Part shown: positions 56,506 through 64,000 of the stretch, one piece after another
Position numbering within the stretch: position 1 is the first letter of the stretch
Layout of the letters: every line of letters starts with the position of its first letter
From: Prasinococcaceae sp. CCMP 1430
Taxonomy: Eukaryota > Plantae > Prasinodermophyta
NCBI GenBank assembly: GCA_013416795.1
Contig: RQSC01000008.1
Span: forward strand, 70,767 to 134,766
Length of the DNA stretch: 64,000 bases
Direction of reading: 5' to 3'
Notes under the pieces: model-generated
Seen by the model: only the letters and a program-made list of their open reading frames with translations
What the model was told of the DNA's origin: nothing
Databases searched by the model: none
Translations under genes and position numbers: made by a program

Positions 56506-59500
56506 TCATTCGTCGCAGTCGCTGTCGAGCTCGAGACCGTCGTCGCTTTCGCCTCCGGCTCGATGTGCCGCCGCCAGGGCGGGCGAGCGGACATCTCGGA
56601 CGAGCTCATGGTCAGATTCGCTGTCGCTCTCGCACACTTTCTTTTTCAGGCGACGGAGCCTGGGCTTGGGGGGGGGCGTCCCGTCAGTGGCCTCGCAGTC
56701 GGCGACAGCCTCATGCGCGGTGGGCACGCCCTCACTCGCATGCGGGCCCGCGTCTTCGCCACTCGCGCGAAGAGCGTCTGCCTCAGTCAGTGCGTCTTCG
56801 ACCGGCGGGCGCTCCTCGTGCAATGCGTCGAGCGCGCCACCGTCTTCGGCGTCTGGGAAGCAGTCGCATTCCTCAGTGATCAGGCCGACGCAGATGCCGC
56901 TCCCAGCAGCTTCACTGTGCACGGACCGACCAGCGCGTACGCGTCCGTCGGCCTCCGCCTCTCTAGCCGCGCCAGCACCCTGCTCGCCTTCGAGGCCGCC
57001 TCCTACGCCTGCCTCCATGATGTACTCGACAAGTCCAGTGTCGCTCGCCGCCTGGAGCACGGGTTCCGCCGCGGCCGCCGCGGCCGTCGCATCGTGCCAA
57101 AGGGTGGACTCGGGGTGCGCCTTGCGGAGGATGTCCGCAGTCTCGCAGCCTTTGGGCTGCGGGCGTTCTGGAGGTTTGATCTTGAAGAGCTCCTTAATCT
57201 CGTCCTTTGCGAAGTGTCGGGTCGAGCTCTCAGAGGAGCCGCCACCACCGACGGCATCGCGGAATTCGCCCTTGAGCAGCTGGCGCTGGTACACTTTTTC
57301 ATCGATGCTGTCGCGCGCAATCATGCGCACGATGGTCACGGGCAGCTTTTGGCCATCGCGCCACACTCGACCCATTGCCTGGTGGTCTGTCGCCGGATTC
57401 CAGTCGCTGTCCAGAAGCACGAGGTGGTTCCCTCCGATCAGATTGAGGCCCACGCCACCCGCCTTGGCAGAGAGCAGGAACGCGCATGGGGGACGCGCGC
57501 CTGGCACCGTCGGTGCGTTGAAGCGATCCACCAGAGTCTGGCGTGTGTCGGCCTTGGTCGAGCCATCAAGCCTCAGAAACTCCATTCCCTCCGAGCGAAG
57601 CAACTCTTCCACCTGATTGAGTACGGTCTGGAAGCTGCGAGCGGGATGCCAGGACAAAGAACAGTATCAGCACAGCACACGCGCACACTGTCGCATACGC
57701 GCGCACCGACGCACACACGGCCGGCCCCACGCACGCGCGGACACGCACACCCATGCACGAGCGCACGCACTTGCTCACGACCACAGATCGCTCATTGCGC
57801 TCGTTCGCGGCTCGAAGCATTGCGAGCAGCACGGCCGCCTTTCCACCCTCCATGCCCCCCGCCGCGGCTGCCTCAGCGAACGGCACCGCGAGCTCCTCGC
57901 CCGCGGCGTGCGCCACCTCGATCCCGTCGTCCTGGCTGAGCAGCACGTCCCCGCCGCCGCAGGGCCCCGAGCACGCGTCTCCGATGCCGAGGGCCGCCTT
58001 GAGCGCCAGCGGCGAGGTCGCCATCATGCGCAAGTGCAGAATGGCTGTCAATGCGTTGTCGCCTGAACGCGCGTACTCGGTGCGCAGGTAGGTGCGGTAG
58101 AGGTCCTTCTGCGCGGTCGACATGGCCACGAAGACGACCACCTCCCTCTTCGGCGGCAGGAATGCGCGCAAGACCTCTGGTCCACGTCTCAGGAGCAGAT
58201 TGGAGATGGCTTTCTGCAACTGCGCCGCGCGCGCTGCGCCCACCTGTCGATCGCGCTCCGAGGCGCCGCGGTCGCGGCTCTTCTCAATCGGTTTGGCATA
58301 AAGCTTTCGGAACGAGTCGGGCGGTCCCAGAGCGCCGGGCGCGGCGAAGTCCAACAGCGCGTACAACTCGAGCAGCTGCCGGTGGCGCAAGTTAAGTGCG
58401 AATGAGGCGCAAAGCGCAGCCACGCACACGTCAGCAACATACACAAAGCTTGTCGACGCACAGACGCGCGGAGACGCGCGCCGACCGCCCCAGGGCACAC
58501 GCACATTGTTTTGCACCGGCGTCCCCGTGAGCAGCACTCGCCGCTTGCACTGGAGGGCCGCGAGAGCGCTCTGCGTCTTGGTACCCGCCGCGTTCTTGAT
58601 GCGGTGCGCCTCGTCACACACAAGTAGACCGGGCGCCCCTTCAGCTACGAGCTTGTAATGGCGTGTGATCTGCTCGTAGCTGATGATCAGCAGAGGTTTC
58701 TGATTGGTCTTAGCCCAGTCGACGATGGCCTTCTTCACCCGCTCCGGCCCGCCGCCGTGGAGACTGAGATTGTCAATCGTCGTGGGGACCAGCTTTGTTT
58801 GACCAAGCCACTTGGAGACCTCGTTGGACCAGTTGACAACCAGGGAGGAAGGGCACACGAGCACGACTCTCCGAACAAACGGGCTCCGTGGGCCCTGAGG
58901 GCCCTGCTTGAGTAGCGTGTAGAGCAGCGCGATGGTCTGCAGCGACTTGCCAAGGCCCATAGAGTCAGCGAGGATGCAGCCGTTGAGTTGTGGGTTGACG
59001 AAGCCGGTCACGGCGCGATACATGAACTTGACGCCCGCGACTTGGTGCGGGCGAAGCTTCTTGCCCATGCAGGGATCCACCACTACTGCTGTCTGCGTGT
59101 CGGCCATCGCCTCGGCTTCGTTCAGCACAATCGCTCCCTCTGCGTTGGGATCCCAAGCTGGTTGGGCCTGCTTCGCTTTCGGAGGTCGCGACGCGGCCGG
59201 AACGATGCCGCGCGCCGGCACGCGGCCACCACTCACCACGCCATTCACCGGCTTCATGGGCATCCTGCGCCCAACAGGAGGCGCCTTGGGACGAATTCCG
59301 AGGGCGCCAGCAGCCCCTGGCATCGCGCTTGCTCCGAGCGGCCCTCCTACGCCGGTGGCGGCCTGCATTCCCCCGCCGGCGAAGCACGCCCCGCTGAGGT
59401 ACGTCTCCGCGGAAATCCTCTTGACGACCTCGATCTCGTTCGAGCCGACGTCAAGCGTGGAGCCCTCCGGCATGTCTTCACACCCCTTGACGTGGTTTGC

Positions 59501-60010
59501 CTTGGACTTAAGCTTGCCGTCGTCCGCATCCTCGAGTGTCACTGACCTGCCGATCACGGTGAGGACCCCATCATTCCACGTCTTGTGCTTCTTGGAGGAG
59601 CGCTTCGTGTAGAGGACCTCGTAGTACTCCGGATCAGGCTTCGGCTTGGGCGTGCTGGCCATGCCGTACGCTGGTCGCTGTGGGATGAACGGTTTCGCAC
59701 GTGCCGCCGCTGCGGGCGATGCTGACGAGCGCGGGGCGCTGAAGGTGCCCCGCAGAGCCGACACGCCCTGCGCCCCCTCGGGCGCCCCAGGAGCGCTCTG
59801 TGCCGCGGCGCCATCGACGGCTCGCGTGGCGCGGGCGGCGGGTAGCTTCGATGCCCAGGGCTTGGGAGCGGAAGGCACTCGTCGCTGCAGCTGTGCGCCA
59901 GCCGGTCGAGCGGCGCCTCCGATGGCCGCATCGCCGGCCGCGCCAGCAGGTCGCGGCGGGCAGAACTGCTTGCGCGGGCCTCCCAGAGCACCGAGCGCCC
60001 GCCGCTTCAT
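56506..60010 (-). CDS. RAD54B: RAD54B/Rdh54-like SNF2 translocase with an N-terminal DUF2439-like domain, 3 exons
   Basis: YYEVLYTKRSSKKHKTWNDGVL; LRPHQVAGVKFMY, GCILADSMGLGKS, DEAHRIKN, LTGTPVQNN|LLELY, LLSAKAGGVGLNLIGG, DSDWNPATDHQAMGRVWRDGQK. Introns 58376-58504 and 57635-57770. Confidence 0.92.
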
Positions 60011-60715
60011 CACGTCGCCGCCGGAAGTGTCTGGAGGCGTGTGTATGTGTGTGTGTGTGTGTGTGGTGACGGTGGTGGTTTGGCAGATCGGAGGTAGGCG
60101 GAGACTTGAGAGCGGCTCGTCCCGCCCTGCCCCGGGCGGCACGGCGCTCGTGCGTCCGCGCGCGCGGCGACAGTTCGATCTGCCGCGGCCCGCGCGCGCT
60201 CCGTCCGCCGCGCGCCGCAGTCGTCGCCGCCGCAGCAGCCCCCCAGCCAGGGAAGGGGGAGGGATCTGATCGAAGAAGCCCCCTCCCCCCCCACTTCCTC
60301 CCACTCCGACGCGCGCGGCGCGCCCTGGCGAGCCCCAGGCGCGTGCGCCGTGTGGCGCGGCTGCAGCGCCTCCTCCGCGCGCGCGCCTCTGCGCGTTTCG
60401 TACGCGCCTCTGCGCGCACGCATCAACCCAAACCTTTCGAATGAAAAATGGATAAGGGTTTTATGTAAGTAGGGTATAGTATTTACGTCAATATGCATGC
60501 GCGGACAGGTGTCCGTTGGATGTCAGCCCGAGGGCCATCAAACGAAACGCGGCGCGGTCGCGCGCTCGCTGCCAGCGGTCGCGCGAGCAGGGCCGCACGG
60601 GGCGGGGGGGTAAGGGCGCCACAGCGCGCGCGACGCGGCCCGCAGCGCGCGGCGGCGGCGGCGGCCCGCCCGCGCGTGAAATCTGTGCGCGCGTGCAGCG
60701 TCGCGCCCCAGGGCA

Positions 60716-63501
60716 ATGGGCGTGCAAGGCCTTTGGAAGTGGCTCGAAGCGCAGGGCGCTGCTGGGACCGTGAAGCCCGCGGACATCCCCGCGCGTCTCG
60801 ACGGCGCAGCCGTTGCTATAGATGCCTCAACGTGGATTCTTCAGGCGTTGACCTCGTCGCTCGGTATGCGCGCGCGTGCCGCAGGCGCGTGTGCTGTGCG
60901 TCCCCAGCCCTTTGGAACAGCTCGCTGCCCCGTCTACATGCTGATGCTCCCACCACCGCGCGTCCTCAAACACTCGCAGCGGGTGCTGTTCGAGTGCCTC
61001 ATGCCAAGCTGAGCTTCGATCGCCTGTGCACGCTGCTCGAGTATGGCGCCACGCCCGTCGTTGTGCTCGAGGGCAAAGCGCCCGAGGCCAAGTTCGCCAC
61101 GCTACAGAAGCGCTACGGCGGCGTGGGTACCGGCATCTGGCTCAAACGTGCGGGGCATGACATACGAGAGGTGGCAGAGGCCATGGGAGTGACCGTTGTG
61201 CAGGCACCCGGCGAGGCCGAGGCCGCTTGCGCGGCGCTCGCTGCCGGCGGCACGGTCGATGCGGTGCTGACCAACGACAGCGACGCGCTCTGCTTCGGCG
61301 CGACGTGCGTGTGGAAGGAGCTCCGGCTGGACCATCGTGGGGTGCTGGCGAAGTGCTCGCTCATCGAGTGCACATTGGACAGAGTCGATGAGATGTGCGG
61401 GTTTAGTCGCGAGGGCATTGCGCTCATGGCAGCGCTCAGCGGCGGAGATTACAACATTGGAGGCATCCAAGGGCTAGGCGTGGACTCAGCAGCCGAGATC
61501 GCGCGAACCGTCTGCGAGTGGGCGCACGGCCAGGACCTGGAACGTCGGATGGAAGCCGCGGGAGGGGACCTCGTTGCTCTCATCGAGGCAGCAGTCGCGC
61601 GAGCCCCTGATACTAGCATTTTGTCTATCACGCACTGCACCAGCTGCCGAACGTGCGGCCACGGCACGACAGGCAAGGCCCTTCACGGAGCGCATGGTTG
61701 CGAGGAGTGCGGCACGCACCCGGTGTCGCGCGGAGGGAACGGCGCAGGTGGCTGTATTCCCATGCCCGAGGGGAGCACGTGCCCGTGCCCCTTCCACAGT
61801 CGTGCAGGCGAGCGCATGCTAGCGAAGGCTGCGCAGCGCATGAAACAATCCCCCGAGGCCCTCAAGCGCATGAAAGAGGCGCAAGACATTTGGCGGGGCC
61901 AAGGCTCGGCTGAAGCGGTGGCCGGGCTGCTGCCCACGCGCCCGCGATGGCTCGGGCCAGACTTGGAGGAGCTCGAGCGCACGCTTGGCACGCGATTCGG
62001 CTGGAAGCAAGCGGCTGTGCGGCGCAAGCTCTTGCCTCTGGTGATTGAACATTCCCTCCGCATGGCCGTCTGGCAAAAGACGGCCGGTCCGAGTGAGCGG
62101 CGAGGTCGCTGTCCGACTCTGTTCGTGCCTATGCGTATAAAGAAGGTGCAGGGACGGACTGCCGCGCAGCAGTGGCGCTACGTGGTCGAGTGGAAGGGGC
62201 TGCATGCAGCGAGCCAGCGGCAGACACCATGCAGCGATGGGGACTTGACGTGGGAAGAAATCATGGATGCTGCCGACGCTCCGAGTCGCTGCGCTCGCAT
62301 GTCGCTTATGAAAAAGGCGTATCCCCACCTCGTCGAGACCTTTGAGGAGGTGCACTGGCACCAGCAGGTGGCAGCCAGCAACAAAGGCCGCAAGAAGCAG
62401 AGCCTCGCCGAGGCGGCGAAGGAGAGTAAGCGAATCACGGACTTCTTCCGCGGGCGCTCCGGTGCCAGACCTGATCCGACTGGTGGCGCGGCAAGTCCCG
62501 CGGTGTCTGAATCTTCTTCAGGCCACGTCGTGATCGTCTCCGAGAGCGACAGCGAAGTTGAGGACGCGATGGGCGCCTGCGGGGGCGCGCAAGGAGCATC
62601 CGCGCGAGGTAAGGGTGCGAGTGACAGCACGCGTACTCGGGCTGTGGGCAAACGCATGCACACGCGGTCGAACGCGATGGAGCGCGCGAATCCAACTGCC
62701 GCTGGCATGGCCGCGGCCAACCTGCGCGCGATCACGGATGGCGCGGCCGATGGCGGCACCGGCGTCGATGATGCGCAAGTGAGGATGTCCACAGAGGGCA
62801 CGGGCACGGAGATGCTGGGTGCGGGCGCCCTGTCGACTCCACACCTTGCGCCCGCCAAGGGAGGCGTGTTGGACACGCCTGGCTCTGCGGGCAGCGACGG
62901 GTCCGCACATAGCGCCTCGAGCACCGACACTGCCGAGTTGCTCCTGTTCGGTCGACTCACGCCCGTGCGGCTTCGGTCGCCGCCTGCCCAAGAGAGAGCA
63001 GAAAACGCCAACACAGGGGCGCGCGACGCACGAGCTGGTGCCGGTGGTGCGGGCTTGCTTTCCACGCCAGGGGCGTTCCCCTCTGCCGCCCAAGCGCGCG
63101 GGTGCGTGGGCCATGAAACGGGCGCCAGCGACGACGTTCGCAGTGTGGAACCACCATCGCCGACCTCCGAGACATGCCAAGACCACAGCCAAGACGACGC
63201 TGCACGCGATGGCAGTGCGGTTGGTGCGCCTGTTCGGTCTCCTGCCCGCAAGACCCCCCCCGCTCGCCCGGACGATGGCAGCTCGCCGGCAAAGCTCGCG
63301 CGACGAGCGGCGGCCGGAGCAGGAAGCAGCGCGCGCAAGGCCCTTAGCTTGGACGAAGCCGGAGGGTCCGCAGTCGCTGCGCATGGCGACGAGCCTGTGG
63401 GGGAGACCCCGCGGCTCGATAGGAAGGAATGCGGGAAAGCCGCGCTCATTGACCTCACTGAGTCGCCCATAGACTTGACGGGAGCATCGCCGCTGGACTG
63501 A
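60716..63501 (+). CDS. GEN1: GEN1/SEND1-like Holliday-junction resolvase (XPG/Rad2 family), 2 exons
   Basis: MGVQGLW, VAIDASTWI, VVLEGKAPEAK, APGEAEAACAAL, TNDSDALCFGA, LSGGDY..GIQGLG, plant-type Cys-rich insert, chromodomain-like RIKKV..YVVEW. Intron 60864-60979. Confidence 0.9.
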
Positions 63502-63566
63502 TCCTGCATTGTATGTATTTTATGTACGCACACGCACGCCACATGCACAATTGGAGAGGCTTGCAG

Positions 63567-64000
63567 TCACTCAATGCCGAGGTCTTGTGCGACCATCTTG
63601 GACGCGATTGGATGATAGCTCGGGCGCGCCTCCTCAAACGTTGCGCGCGCAGCGGCCTCGAAAGCGCCGCCGCGCCTCAGCAGCGACCTGTATGTAGGCC
63701 TGAGAAACTTCATCCTCCCAGCAGCCTTGACGAACGCGACAGCCATGGGGATGGCGCCCTCATCGCCTGCGCTCACGCGCAACCTGATCCATAGCAAGCG
63801 CACCTCGGAGTTCTTGCGCGCATCCAGCTCGTACGCGGCCTCGAGCGCCCGCACAGCGTCCAGCGAGAGCGCCTGCATGCCGCGCAGCGCGGCGAGCTCC
63901 TCCAGAAAGGCAATGAGCATGTCAGATGAGAAGCTCGCGATGTCGGCCGAAGAGAATTTGTCCGCGTACGCGCCAGCGCCGCCCATGCCCAGCGGGTCGG
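63567..64000 (-). CDS. LTA4H: Leukotriene A4 hydrolase-like M1 aminopeptidase, C-terminal domain (partial)
   Basis: NSEVRLLWIRL, GRMKFLRPTYRSL, ARATFEEARPSYHPIASKMVAQDL. Confidence 0.88.
   Translation of the reverse strand, partial: DPLGMGGAGAYADKFSSADIASFSSDMLIAFLEELAALRGMQALSLDAVRALEAAYELDARKNSEVRLLWIRLRVSAGDEGAIPMAVAFVKAAGRMKFLRPTYRSLLRRGGAFEAAARATFEEARPSYHPIASKMVAQDLGIE

Noticed and set aside
61620-61800. Cys-rich insert in GEN1 as a novel zinc module
   Set aside because: A similar HCxxCGH...CExC...C.C insert is, as I recall, already a known feature of plant GEN1/SEND1.

Overview
This window is nuclear DNA from a compact, very GC-rich eukaryote, not a prokaryote. It has spliceosomal GT-AG introns (donor usually GTGCGY, CTGAC/CTCAC-like branch sites), TGTAA-type poly(A) signals and many plastid-function genes, which points to a prasinophyte-grade green alga. 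That taxon is inferred, not proven. I could support about 24 protein-coding genes, mostly in divergent and convergent pairs. In order: a hypothetical protein, a C2H2-ankyrin-2OG/Fe(II) dioxygenase fusion, IST1, Rab1, UMP-CMP kinase, a long coiled-coil protein, TMX2, an RSH2/3-type RelA/SpoT homolog, Mbb1/HCF107, an AP2-domain fragment, an RSH1-type homolog, a Sulfotransfer_4-like membrane protein, PSA3, Pol kappa, a minimal PIP kinase, a TAAC-like carrier, a homomeric acetyl-CoA carboxylase, an inverted pair of IPNS-like 2OG dioxygenases, a secreted LRR protein, an acidic protein with ATG8-interacting-like motifs, PRMT3, RAD54B, GEN1 and the end of LTA4H. The strongest leads are: (1) two ppGpp enzymes about 3 kb apart with complementary dead domains (synthetase-only and hydrolase-only), flanking the psbB mRNA factor Mbb1 inside a plastid-gene-rich block; (2) a cysteinyl-tRNA synthetase fragment at the 5' end of ACCase whose +1 frame reads like a transit peptide and can splice in frame into ACCase; (3) the Zn-finger/ankyrin/prolyl-hydroxylase fusion; (4) a PIP kinase with the type II (PI5P 4-kinase) specificity residue; (5) recurring non-coding motifs upstream of genes. 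Caveat: N runs and single Ns fall at GC-extreme 5' gene ends and hide several start codons and transit peptides, so some junctions may be assembly artefacts. All family calls come from motif recognition by eye; no database search was run.
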